Shown here: positions 20,435-28,141 of the stretch, in pieces | How positions within the stretch are numbered: the first letter of the stretch is position 1 | How the letters are laid out: every line of letters starts with the position of its first letter | Origin: Delftia acidovorans NBRC 14950 | GTDB lineage: Bacteria > Pseudomonadota > Gammaproteobacteria > Burkholderiales > Burkholderiaceae_C | Assembly: GCF_001598795.1 (NCBI RefSeq) | Contig: NZ_BCZP01000014.1 | Coordinates: forward strand, 122,067-154,066 | Length of the DNA stretch: 32,000 nt | Direction of reading: 5' to 3' | Translations under genes and position numbers: made by a program | The notes under the pieces: generated by a model | What the model saw: only the letters and a program-made list of their open reading frames with translations | Databases searched by the model: none | Told to the model about the DNA's origin: nothing

Positions 20435-20648
20435 TCGCGCCCCTGCGTGACGCGCAGATGCATCATTTCCCGGGGTTTGCACGTTTTCATGGCTGATGGC
20501 AATAAAACTGCATGGCAACGTGATTTTCTACATATGCCTGAAGAATTTTTGCGTGAAACTGAGAAAAAAGCAGTTTTTTTGCGTCAATGATTTTGTGCTT
20601 TCTCTCTGTGGCACGGTGAAGGGCTGCTTCCCCGCCCTCATGTCCATG

Positions 20649-20678
20649 TTGCACTGCGAAAAATGACTGTGCTACATT
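20649..20678 (+). promoter_or_regulatory. candidate sigma70 promoter for the aro leader/aroG
   Basis: TTGCAC (20649-54), 18-nt spacer, TGcTACATT (extended -10; hexamer 20673-78). The predicted transcription start site (TSS) lies within a few nt of the leader ATG at 20687. Confidence 0.3.
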
Positions 20679-20686
20679 CGATCCCC

Positions 20687-20749
20687 ATGCAAGCCCGTGC
20701 CTCCTTCTACTTTTACTTTTGGTTCTCCTCCCCGGCGGAAGAGAGGTAA
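20687..20749 (+). CDS. putative aromatic-rich leader peptide (20 aa: MQARASFYFYFWFSSPAEER)
   Basis: ATG 20687, TAA 20747. Seven consecutive aromatic codons TTC TAC TTT TAC TTT TGG TTC at 20705-20725. Followed by terminator/antiterminator alternatives. 126 nt upstream of aroG. Confidence 0.6.
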   Translation: MQARASFYFYFWFSSPAEER

Positions 20750-20776
20750 GCGCGCGCACCCGAACAAACCTCCCTC

Positions 20777-20817
20777 AAAACCGCCGAAGCTGTAAAGCCC
20801 GGCGGTTTTTTGTTTTT
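20777..20817 (+). terminator. attenuator terminator in the aroG leader
   Basis: CCGCCG (20781-86) pairs with CGGCGG (20800-05). Inner GCT/AGC pairs around a GTAA loop, flanked by AAAA and followed by TTTTTTGTTTTT (20806-17). Ends 57 nt before the aroG ATG. Confidence 0.7.
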
Positions 20818-20874
20818 CCCTCCCGATTCTTCGCTCCGTTTTCCACGATCCATCTTTCCTCACGAAAGCAAGCA

Positions 20875-22032
20875 ATGACTGCTCATCAAGCTTCCCTCGC
20901 CGATTCCTGGTATCGCGGCGGTTCCCAAAAGACTGGCCAAACCGACGACGCACGTATCAAGGACATCACCGTGTTGCCCCCTCCCGAGCACCTCATTCGC
21001 TTCTTCCCCATCCGCGGTACGGCCGTGGAAACCCTGATCGGCGACACCCGCCGCACCATCCACAACATCATGGCTGGCGAGGATGATCGCCTGCTGGTCA
21101 TCGTCGGCCCCTGCTCCATCCACGATCCGGCAGCCGCCATCGAGTACGCACGCCGCCTGGCGCCCATACGCGAGCAGTACAAGGACACGCTGGAGATCGT
21201 GATGCGCGTGTACTTCGAAAAGCCGCGCACCACCGTGGGCTGGAAGGGTTTGATCAACGATCCCTACCTGGACCAGAGCTACCGCATCGACGAAGGCCTG
21301 CGCATTGCGCGGCAACTGCTGATCGACATCAACCGCCTGGGCGTGCCGGCCGCCAGCGAGTTCCTGGACGTGATCTCGCCCCAGTACATTGCCGATCTGA
21401 TCAGTTGGGGCGCCATCGGTGCGCGCACCACGGAAAGCCAGGTCCACCGTGAACTGGCCTCGGGCATCTCGGCGCCCATCGGCTTCAAGAACGGCACGGA
21501 CGGCAACATCCGCATCGCCACCGACGCCATCCAGTCGGCCAGCCGCGGCCACCACTTCCTGTCCGTGCACAAGAATGGCCAGGTTGCCATCGTGAACACG
21601 GCGGGCAACCAGGATTGCCACGTCATCCTGCGCGGCGGCAAGACCCCCAACTACGACGCGGCCAACGTGGCCGCTGCCTGCGAGGATCTGGAAAAGGCCG
21701 GCCTGCCTCCCACGCTGATGGTGGACTGCAGCCACGCCAACAGCTCCAAGCAGCATGAGCGCCAAAAGGATGTGGCACGCGACATCGCCGGACAGATCAG
21801 CGGCGGCTCGCGCAGCGTCTTCGGCGTGATGATCGAAGGCCATCTCGTGGGCGGCGCCCAGAAGTTCACGCCCGGCAAGGATGAGGTGGCTGCGCTGACC
21901 TATGGCCAGAGCATCACCGATGCTTGCCTGGGCTGGGATGATTCCCTGGCAACGCTGGCCGAGCTGTCCGACGCCGTGCAGCAGCGCCGCGTCAAGCATC
22001 CCGAGCCGGCTGCGGCCCTGGTTGCCGCCTGA
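20875..22032 (+). CDS. aroG: 3-deoxy-7-phosphoheptulonate (DAHP) synthase, class I
   Basis: ORF 20719..22032 trimmed to ATG 20875. GPCSIHD, VYFEKPRTTVGWKGLINDP, GARTTESQVHRELASG and CSHANSSKQ are colinear with E. coli AroG/F/H. Which isozyme type (feedback specificity) cannot be told from sequence. Confidence 0.9.
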   Translation: MTAHQASLADSWYRGGSQKTGQTDDARIKDITVLPPPEHLIRFFPIRGTAVETLIGDTRRTIHNIMAGEDDRLLVIVGPCSIHDPAAAIEYARRLAPIREQYKDTLEIVMRVYFEKPRTTVGWKGLINDPYLDQSYRIDEGLRIARQLLIDINRLGVPAASEFLDVISPQYIADLISWGAIGARTTESQVHRELASGISAPIGFKNGTDGNIRIATDAIQSASRGHHFLSVHKNGQVAIVNTAGNQDCHVILRGGKTPNYDAANVAAACEDLEKAGLPPTLMVDCSHANSSKQHERQKDVARDIAGQISGGSRSVFGVMIEGHLVGGAQKFTPGKDEVAALTYGQSITDACLGWDDSLATLAELSDAVQQRRVKHPEPAAALVAA

Positions 22033-22042
22033 GCCGGAAAAG

Positions 22043-22070
22043 AAAACGGGGCATGCATGCCCCGTTTTTT
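22043..22070. terminator. bidirectional Rho-independent terminator between convergent aroG and yqcC-like gene
   Basis: Palindrome AAAACGGGGCATG/CATGCCCCGTTTT with an A-run on one side and TTTTTT on the other. Confidence 0.8.
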
Positions 22071-22090
22071 CCATGTCCCGGTTTGCTTGT

Positions 22091-22459
22091 TCAGTGTGGC
22101 GGCGTGGCGTCCGGCGGGGTCAGTCCGCCCTGGTTCAGCGTGTCGTCTATGCCCAGCAGCAGGACCAGCAATTGGCGCTTGTCGAATGCCACGGGCTGGC
22201 TCCATTCGTGCTCGGCCAGTGGATGCACGTGGCTTTGGCAGGGCAATTGGCCGCGGGCATCGACCACGGCACGCAGCCGGGGCAGGAAAACCCACTGCAG
22301 CCATTCCTGCAGCTTGAGCGTGTCGTACATGAACGGCATGGTCGATGCCATGGCCTCAGGGCTGGGCGCCACGGCCGACCAGAGGCTCTGGCTGCGCAAC
22401 TCGTCTTCGAGTTGCTGCAACTGGTCGAGCAGTTTCTGGTGCGTGGTGTCGGTTGTCAT
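22091..22459 (-). CDS. yqcC: YqcC-family (DUF446) protein
   Basis: ORF trimmed to ATG 22459 (MTTDTTHQKLLDQLQQLEDELR...). The stretch PFMYDTLKLQEWLQWVFLPRL resembles the conserved YqcC core. Confidence 0.65.
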   Translation of the reverse strand: MTTDTTHQKLLDQLQQLEDELRSQSLWSAVAPSPEAMASTMPFMYDTLKLQEWLQWVFLPRLRAVVDARGQLPCQSHVHPLAEHEWSQPVAFDKRQLLVLLLGIDDTLNQGGLTPPDATPPH

Positions 22460-22718
22460 GCGGTGAGGTCCATGAAAAAACGGGGCCAAATTTGTCGGCC
22501 ATTGTACGTTTGCACCTTTGGGCAGGCGCTGGCAGGCCTTGAAACACCTGCTGGCGGCAGTGCCGACTCCAGCGCCGGTGCCAGTCTCTGGCACTTGAGG
22601 CATGTCAGCTTGCCCGGGGTGTGGAAAAGGCGCTTGCGGTTAAGCTCAGGGCATGAGTGACAGCCCTGTCTGCATGAGCAGGCACAGGGTCGTATCCCGT
22701 AATGAAGAGAGGAGTTCC

Positions 22719-23036
22719 ATGCGCAGCGAAGTGATTGTGGTGTTGGATGCCGGACAAGAGTACCGCACGGACACCAGCGGGCTCACCCCCATGAGTTCCG
22801 ATGAAGGACGGCATTGGCTGGACCAGCAGTTCATCTCCATGGACTGCGAACCCCTGCGCGCCAGCGGCAAGGTTCTGCTGGCCGACAAGCTGGTGGTGGT
22901 GGCGCGTGCGGCGCGTTCGCGCTCCGGGCTGTTCGACGACGAGCAATGGCGCAACAGCTATGCCGTGGCCGCCCAGGCCGTGCTGTCCAAGCCGCTGATC
23001 CGTGTCGATGTGCCGGCCATGTCCATCAGTTACTGA
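22719..23036 (+). CDS. hypothetical protein (105 aa)
   Basis: ORF 22653..23036 trimmed to ATG 22719, preceded by the strong SD GAGAGGAG 6 nt upstream. High third-position GC. No family recognised. Confidence 0.6.
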   Translation: MRSEVIVVLDAGQEYRTDTSGLTPMSSDEGRHWLDQQFISMDCEPLRASGKVLLADKLVVVARAARSRSGLFDDEQWRNSYAVAAQAVLSKPLIRVDVPAMSISY

Positions 23037-23063
23037 CGACGGACAGATCGAGATACAGCAAAG

Positions 23064-23090
23064 AAGCCTGGGCATGACCCGGGCTTTTTT
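23064..23090. terminator. Rho-independent terminator between the hypothetical gene and convergent mpl
   Basis: AAGCCTGGG / CCCGGGCTT stem (9 bp, one G-U), CATGA loop, then TTTTTT. Confidence 0.7.
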
Positions 23091-23110
23091 CATTGGGGGC
23101 CGTGCCCGGT

Positions 23111-24550
23111 TCAGCCTGTGGCTTGCAGCGCCGCCAGCAGCTTGGGGTGAATGCCACCGAAGCCGCCATTGCTCATGCACACCACGTGGTCACCGGGGCG
23201 GGCGGCTGCGCGGATCTGCCCGATCAGCGTATCGATGTCTGCAGCCACCTGCGCCTTGTGACCGGCTCCCACGCCCAGGGGGCGCAGCGCCTCGGCAGCA
23301 TCCCAGTCCAGGCCGGCCGTGTGGCAGAACACCAGATCGGCGCTTTCCAGGGCCCAGGGCAGTTGCGACTTCATGGTGCCCAGCTTCATGGTGTTGCTGC
23401 GCGGCTCGAACACCGCCAGGATGCGCGTCTGGCTGGCGAGCTTGCGGCGCAGGCCGTCCAGCGTGGTGCGGATGGCCGTGGGATGGTGGGCGAAGTCGTC
23501 GTAGACGGACACGCCACCCGCCATGCCGCGTAGCTCCATGCGTCGCTTGACGTTCTGAAAGCGCGCCAGCGCTTCGCAGGCCTGCGCCGGCGTCACGCCC
23601 ACATGCTCGGCCGCTGCAATGGCGGCCAGCGCATTGAGCTGGTTGTGCTCTCCGGTCAGTGCCCATTCCAGGCGCGCGACCTTGTGGCCACGGTGCAGTA
23701 CGTCGAAGGCGCCGGGATCGCCCTGGGCACTGAAATCGCTGACCACCGCACCGAAGCTGGAGACCTCGCTCCAGCAGCCCTGGTGCAGCACGCGGGTGAT
23801 GCTTTCCTCTATGCCGTTGACCACCAGCCGCCCGGAGGCGGGAACGGTGCGCACGAGATGGTGGAACTGGCGTTCGATGGCACCGAGGTCCTCGAAGATG
23901 TCGGCGTGGTCGAACTCCAGGTTGTTGAGCACGGCCGTGCGCGGGCGGTAGTGCACGAACTTGCTGCGTTTGTCGAAGAAGGCCGTGTCGTATTCATCGG
24001 CCTCGATGACGAAGACGGGCTCCGCGCCGGCCGGCCCCTGGCCTGGCGTCGGTCGGCTGGATGCGCCCAGGCGGGCCGAGACGCCGAAGTCCAGCGGCAC
24101 GCCGCCGACCAGAAAGCCGGGAGCCAGGCCTGCGCATTCGAGAATCCAGGCCAGCATCGACGTCGTGGTCGTCTTGCCGTGGGTGCCGGCCACGGCCAGC
24201 ACATGGCGCGGGCAGGACGGATGGTGCAGCACCTGTTCGCAAAGCCATTGCGGACCGCTGGTGTAGGGAGCGCCGCTTTCAAGAATCGCCTCCATCAGCG
24301 GGAACTTGGGGCTGCCGTCGGGCAGCCGCGCGCGGCTGACCACGTTGCCCACGACATACATGTCGGGTTGCAGGGCCATCTGGTCGGCGCCGTAGCCCTC
24401 GATCAGGTCGATGCCCAGTGCACGCAACTGATCGCTCATCGGCGGATAGACGCCGGCGTCGCAGCCTGTGACGCGGTGCCCAGCCTCGCGCGCCAGTGCG
24501 GCCAGTCCGCCCATGAAGGTGCCGCAGATGCCCAGAATATGTATGTGCAT
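23111..24550 (-). CDS. mpl: UDP-N-acetylmuramate:L-alanyl-gamma-D-glutamyl-meso-diaminopimelate ligase (murein peptide ligase)
   Basis: ORF 23111..25090 trimmed to ATG 24550 (MHIHILGICGTFMGGLAALA...). Mur-ligase P-loop [12 protein letters not shown]. 479 aa, MurC-like but with the Mpl-type N-terminus. Confidence 0.88.
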   Translation of the reverse strand: MHIHILGICGTFMGGLAALAREAGHRVTGCDAGVYPPMSDQLRALGIDLIEGYGADQMALQPDMYVVGNVVSRARLPDGSPKFPLMEAILESGAPYTSGPQWLCEQVLHHPSCPRHVLAVAGTHGKTTTTSMLAWILECAGLAPGFLVGGVPLDFGVSARLGASSRPTPGQGPAGAEPVFVIEADEYDTAFFDKRSKFVHYRPRTAVLNNLEFDHADIFEDLGAIERQFHHLVRTVPASGRLVVNGIEESITRVLHQGCWSEVSSFGAVVSDFSAQGDPGAFDVLHRGHKVARLEWALTGEHNQLNALAAIAAAEHVGVTPAQACEALARFQNVKRRMELRGMAGGVSVYDDFAHHPTAIRTTLDGLRRKLASQTRILAVFEPRSNTMKLGTMKSQLPWALESADLVFCHTAGLDWDAAEALRPLGVGAGHKAQVAADIDTLIGQIRAAARPGDHVVCMSNGGFGGIHPKLLAALQATG

Positions 24551-24794
24551 GGCCGGGCATTCTACGGTTGCCGTCATGTCCGGGAGGGCTGTCCTGCAAA
24601 AACAGGAGCTTGCGGCCCAGCAGGCGCGGGGTCCCGGAAACACAAGGTTGCGAAATCGCCGTTGCAAGGCGCTGGCGGGAACGTGCAAAGCCCGTCTGCG
24701 GCCGGCGGTGCCGCGGCTTGGGTCACAATGGCCCGGGGCCATCCGCAGGGAAGGCCTCTTATATATATGTAGGGATACAGCGGATCGGAAAGCC

Positions 24795-25403
24795 ATGGAC
24801 CAAGCCACTGCCGAAATTGCCCAGACCGCGGCCCGCCTCGTGGTCGAGGAAGGGCTGGAATGGGGGGCTGCCAAGCACCGCGCACTTCGCCAGCTGGGGC
24901 TGCCCGCGCGCACCGCGCTGCCGGGAAACGACCTGGTGGAAGAGGCCGTGCGCGAATACATTGCCCTGTTCTGCGCCGACACCCAGCCCCAGGAACTGCA
25001 GGCCCTGCGCGAACTGGCCCTGCAATGGATGGACCGCCTGGCCGAGTTCCGACCCCATCTGGCCGGCGCCGTCTGGCGCGGCACAGCCACCCGCCTGTCC
25101 GATATTTACCTGCAGCTGTTCTGCGACGACCCCAAGTCGGCCGAGATCGCGCTGATCAACCAGCATGTGGAGTACGAGCCCAGCACCGTCACCGGCTTTA
25201 CGGGGCAGGCCGTGGAGGCCTTGAGCATCCACGCCTTCTGCCGCCCTTTGAACGAGTCCGTGGGCGTGCATCTGCTGGTGTATGACCATGATGATCTGCG
25301 TGGCGCACTCAAGCCCGACGGCCAGGGGCGCAGCCCGCGCGGCAGCGCCGAGGCGCTGCGCAGGCTGTTGGATCAGGATGAAGAGGAGGCCGACCGTGGC
25401 TGA
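24795..25403 (+). CDS. hypothetical protein (202 aa)
   Basis: ORF 24468..25403 trimmed to ATG 24795. Divergent from mpl. High third-position GC. Contains LAGAVWRGTATRLSDIYLQLFCDD, which weakly resembles a degenerate nucleotidyltransferase hG[GS]-x(9-13)-DhDh motif. Confidence 0.55.
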   Translation: MDQATAEIAQTAARLVVEEGLEWGAAKHRALRQLGLPARTALPGNDLVEEAVREYIALFCADTQPQELQALRELALQWMDRLAEFRPHLAGAVWRGTATRLSDIYLQLFCDDPKSAEIALINQHVEYEPSTVTGFTGQAVEALSIHAFCRPLNESVGVHLLVYDHDDLRGALKPDGQGRSPRGSAEALRRLLDQDEEEADRG

Positions 25404-25950
25404 TTCAGTGGATGCAGGGCAAAACACATCTTCCCGCCGCCGTTGGCTGATGGGCGGCGTTGCCGCCGCCGCAGGCCTGGGTGGGGCAGGGTTTGCGTGG
25501 TGGCGTTTTCAGCCGCACGCCATGGATGCCAGTGCCGAAGAGCAACTGTGGCAGCAGCGCTTCATCACGCCCGATGGCTCGGCCATGACGCTGTCGCGCT
25601 GGCGCGGCAAGCCGGTGCTGGTCAATTTCTGGGCCACCTGGTGCCCGCCCTGCGTGCGCGAGCTGCCCATGCTCGATGCCTTCTCGGCGCGCCAAAACCA
25701 GCATGGTATTCAGGTCATTGGCCTGGCCGTGGACAAGCCGGAGGCCGTGCAGCGCTTCCTGGGTCGCACACCCCTGCGTTTCCCTGTGGCGCTGGCGGTG
25801 GAAGGCGGTCTGGGCCTGACCCGCTCGCTGGGCAATCTGCAGGGCGGACTGCCCTTCACCGTGCTGCTCGGCGAAGATGGCATGGTGCAGCAACGTAAAA
25901 TAGGTGAGCTTACTACCGAAGATCTGGCTTCCTGGAGCGCAAAAGGCTGA
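25396..25950 (+). CDS. TlpA/ResA-like periplasmic thiol:disulfide oxidoreductase
   Basis: WATWCPPC thioredoxin active site. Twin-arginine-like signal SSRRRWLMGGVAAAAGLGGAG. GTG 25396 chosen because AAGAGGAGG lies 6 nt upstream; it overlaps the upstream stop by 8 nt. Start uncertain. Confidence 0.75.
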   Translation: MADSVDAGQNTSSRRRWLMGGVAAAAGLGGAGFAWWRFQPHAMDASAEEQLWQQRFITPDGSAMTLSRWRGKPVLVNFWATWCPPCVRELPMLDAFSARQNQHGIQVIGLAVDKPEAVQRFLGRTPLRFPVALAVEGGLGLTRSLGNLQGGLPFTVLLGEDGMVQQRKIGELTTEDLASWSAKG

Positions 25951-26095
25951 TTTTTCGCATCGCCGAAGCTGTGAAAGCTCAGGAAATGCCCTGAATTCCA
26001 TGGCGACGTTGATGAAAAATATGCCTCAAAGCACGCAGAAGGGCGAAATTGGAGTAAATTCGCGCCCTATTTAGTTGTTAGCCGCTGGAGCTCCC

Positions 26096-26560
26096 ATGGA
26101 TTTGCGAAAACTCAAGACCCTCATTGATCTGGTGTCCGAATCGAACGTGTCGGAACTGGAGATCACCGAAGCAGAGGGCAAGGTCCGGATCGTCAAGAGC
26201 GAAGGCGCCGTGGTGCAGCATTATGTGGCAGCGCCCATGCAGGCTCCCATGGCCGCGCCGATGGCGGCACCCGTCGCCGCTGCCCCCGCAGCGCCCGTGG
26301 CGGCACCGGCCGAGGCAGCCGTCTCCGGCCACGTGGTGAAGTCGCCCATGGTCGGCACTTTCTACCGCGCCTCCAGCCCTGGCGGCAAGCCCTTCGTGGA
26401 AGTGGGCAACCAGGTCAAGGAAGGCGAGACCATCTGCATCATCGAAGCGATGAAGATTCTCAACGAGATCGAAGCCGACAAGAGCGGCACGATCACGCGC
26501 ATCCTGGGCGAAAACGGCCAGGCGGTAGAGTACGGCCAGCCCCTGTTCGTGATCGAGTAA
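26096..26560 (+). CDS. accB: acetyl-CoA carboxylase biotin carboxyl carrier protein
   Basis: ATG 26096 with GGAG 5 nt upstream. Ala/Pro-rich linker. Biotinyl-lysine motif [14 protein letters not shown]. Confidence 0.92.
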   Translation: MDLRKLKTLIDLVSESNVSELEITEAEGKVRIVKSEGAVVQHYVAAPMQAPMAAPMAAPVAAAPAAPVAAPAEAAVSGHVVKSPMVGTFYRASSPGGKPFVEVGNQVKEGETICIIEAMKILNEIEADKSGTITRILGENGQAVEYGQPLFVIE

Positions 26561-26692
26561 CCTGCAGGCGAGCGATGCCGCAAGCGGCACGACGCCCTGG
26601 CGCGAACGCATGCCGCGGCGCGACAGAGCAATTGGCTCAACTGACGGCTTCGGCCTGCGTACCGGCGCAGGCACCAAGTCGCGAGGACCTTC

Positions 26693-28057
26693 ATGTTTAA
26701 GAAAATTTTGGTTGCCAACCGGGGCGAGATTGCCCTGCGCATCCAGCGCGCCTGCCGTGAACTGGGCATCAAGGCGGTGATGGTGTATTCCGAGGCCGAC
26801 CGTGACGCAAAGTACGTCAAGCTGGCCGATGAGGCCGTGTGCATCGGCCCCGCGCCTTCGCCGCTGAGCTACCTCAACATGCCGGCCATCATCTCGGCCG
26901 CCGAGGTGACCGACGCCGAGGCCATCCACCCCGGCTACGGCTTTCTCAGCGAGAACGCCGACTTTGCCGAGCGCGTGGAAAAGAGCGGTTTCACCTTCAT
27001 CGGCCCCACGCCCGAGAACATCCGCACCATGGGTGACAAGGTCTCGGCCAAGCAGGCCATGATCAAGGCGGGCGTCCCCTGCGTGCCCGGCTCGGATGGC
27101 GAGCTGCCTGACGATCCCGTGCAGATCCGCCGCATCGCCAAGGCCGTGGGCTATCCGGTGATCATCAAGGCCGCAGGCGGCGGCGGTGGCCGTGGCATGC
27201 GCGTGGTGCATACCGAGGCGGCGCTGATCAATGCCGTGCAGATGACCAAGGCCGAGGCCGGTGCGGCCTTCGGCAATCCGGCCGTCTACATGGAAAAGTT
27301 CCTGCAGAACCCGCGCCATGTGGAAATCCAGATCCTGGCGGACAACCACCGCAACGCGGTCTACCTGGGCGAGCGCGACTGCTCCATGCAGCGCCGCCAC
27401 CAGAAGGTCATCGAGGAAGCTCCGGCTCCGGGCATTCCGCGCCGCCTGGTCGAGAAGATCGGCGAGCGCTGCGCCGCTGCCTGCAAGAAGCTGGGCTACC
27501 GTGGCGCCGGCACCTTCGAGTTCCTCTTTGAGAACGGCGAGTTCTACTTCATCGAGATGAACACCCGCGTGCAGGTGGAGCATCCGGTGACCGAACTGAT
27601 CACGGGCGTGGACATCGTGCGCACCCAGATCATGGTGGCCGCAGGCGAGAAGCTGCCCTTCACCCAGCGCCAGATCAATGCCCAGCTCAAGGGCCATGCG
27701 ATCGAGTGCCGCGTGAATGCCGAGGATCCCTACAACTTCATGCCGTCGCCGGGCCGCATCACCATGTGGCATGCCCCCGGTGGCCCCGGCGTGCGCGTGG
27801 ACTCGCACGTCTACAACAACTACTTCGTGCCGCCGAACTACGACTCCATGATCGGCAAGATCATCGTCCACGGCGACACGCGCGAGCAGGCGCTGGCGCG
27901 CATGCGCACGGCGCTGCTGGAGACCGTGGTCGAAGGCATCAAGACCAATATCCCGCTGCATCAGGATCTGATGGTGGACGCCAAGTTCATGGAAGGCGGC
28001 ACCAACATCCATTACCTGGAAGAGTGGCTGGCGCACCGCAACGCCAACAAGCGTTGA
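26693..28057 (+). CDS. accC: acetyl-CoA carboxylase biotin carboxylase subunit
   Basis: 454 aa with [27 protein letters not shown] and [14 protein letters not shown]. Confidence 0.95.
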   Translation: MFKKILVANRGEIALRIQRACRELGIKAVMVYSEADRDAKYVKLADEAVCIGPAPSPLSYLNMPAIISAAEVTDAEAIHPGYGFLSENADFAERVEKSGFTFIGPTPENIRTMGDKVSAKQAMIKAGVPCVPGSDGELPDDPVQIRRIAKAVGYPVIIKAAGGGGGRGMRVVHTEAALINAVQMTKAEAGAAFGNPAVYMEKFLQNPRHVEIQILADNHRNAVYLGERDCSMQRRHQKVIEEAPAPGIPRRLVEKIGERCAAACKKLGYRGAGTFEFLFENGEFYFIEMNTRVQVEHPVTELITGVDIVRTQIMVAAGEKLPFTQRQINAQLKGHAIECRVNAEDPYNFMPSPGRITMWHAPGGPGVRVDSHVYNNYFVPPNYDSMIGKIIVHGDTREQALARMRTALLETVVEGIKTNIPLHQDLMVDAKFMEGGTNIHYLEEWLAHRNANKR

Positions 28058-28080
28058 GCAGGTCGCCCGATTGACCCTGC

Positions 28081-28121
28081 ATGCTGGCCCCCGGCGACGG
28101 CGGCCAGCATTTTCATTTATT
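28081..28121 (+). terminator. terminator-like hairpin between accC and prmA
   Basis: ATGCTGGCC / GGCCAGCAT (9 bp) with an inner CCG-GCGA-CGG stem-loop, followed by TTTCATTTATT. The U-tract is interrupted. Confidence 0.45.
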
Positions 28122-28141
28122 GCATAGAAAAGGATGGGCCC

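Noticed and set aside
18158-20518. 786-aa minus-strand ORF antisense to tldD and the downstream hypothetical gene
   Set aside because: It lies opposite a confidently identified gene (TldD with an HExxxH motif). The translated sequence is Ala/Gly/Arg/His-rich low complexity typical of antisense frames in high-GC DNA, where stop codons are rare.
20489-20590. 33-codon ORF MADGNKTAWQRDFLHMPEEFLRETEKKAVFLRQ in the AT-rich spacer upstream of the aro leader
   Set aside because: The peptide looks protein-like. However, third-position GC is very low compared with every real gene here, there is no SD, and it overlaps the sigma54-like element. It is most likely non-coding, though Ribo-seq could revisit this.
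20782-20798. 12-nt identity CGCCGAAGCTGT shared between the aroG attenuator loop and 25961-25972 upstream of accB
   Set aside because: With about 5e8 position pairs in 32 kb, tens of 12-mer coincidences are expected by chance, and more in biased GC. There is no extended similarity.
22666-22681. LexA-box-like CTGT-N8-GCAG upstream of the hypothetical gene at 22719
   Set aside because: The second half-site is GCAG, not ACAG, and the spacer is GC-rich rather than AT-rich. It is better explained as part of the hairpin described in the findings.
23111-25090. Long N-terminal extensions in the ORF track (mpl as 659 aa). The same occurs for 1890-3497 murG, 5421-6701 ftsQ, 10721-11737 ruvC, 15941-16699 yqiA, 20719-22032 aroG, 22091-22603 yqcC and 28597-30489 zinc-ribbon.
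   Set aside because: The extensions overlap upstream genes or intergenic DNA. They are Arg/Pro/Ala-rich junk and are absent from the well-known homologues. Internal ATGs reproduce the canonical N-termini.
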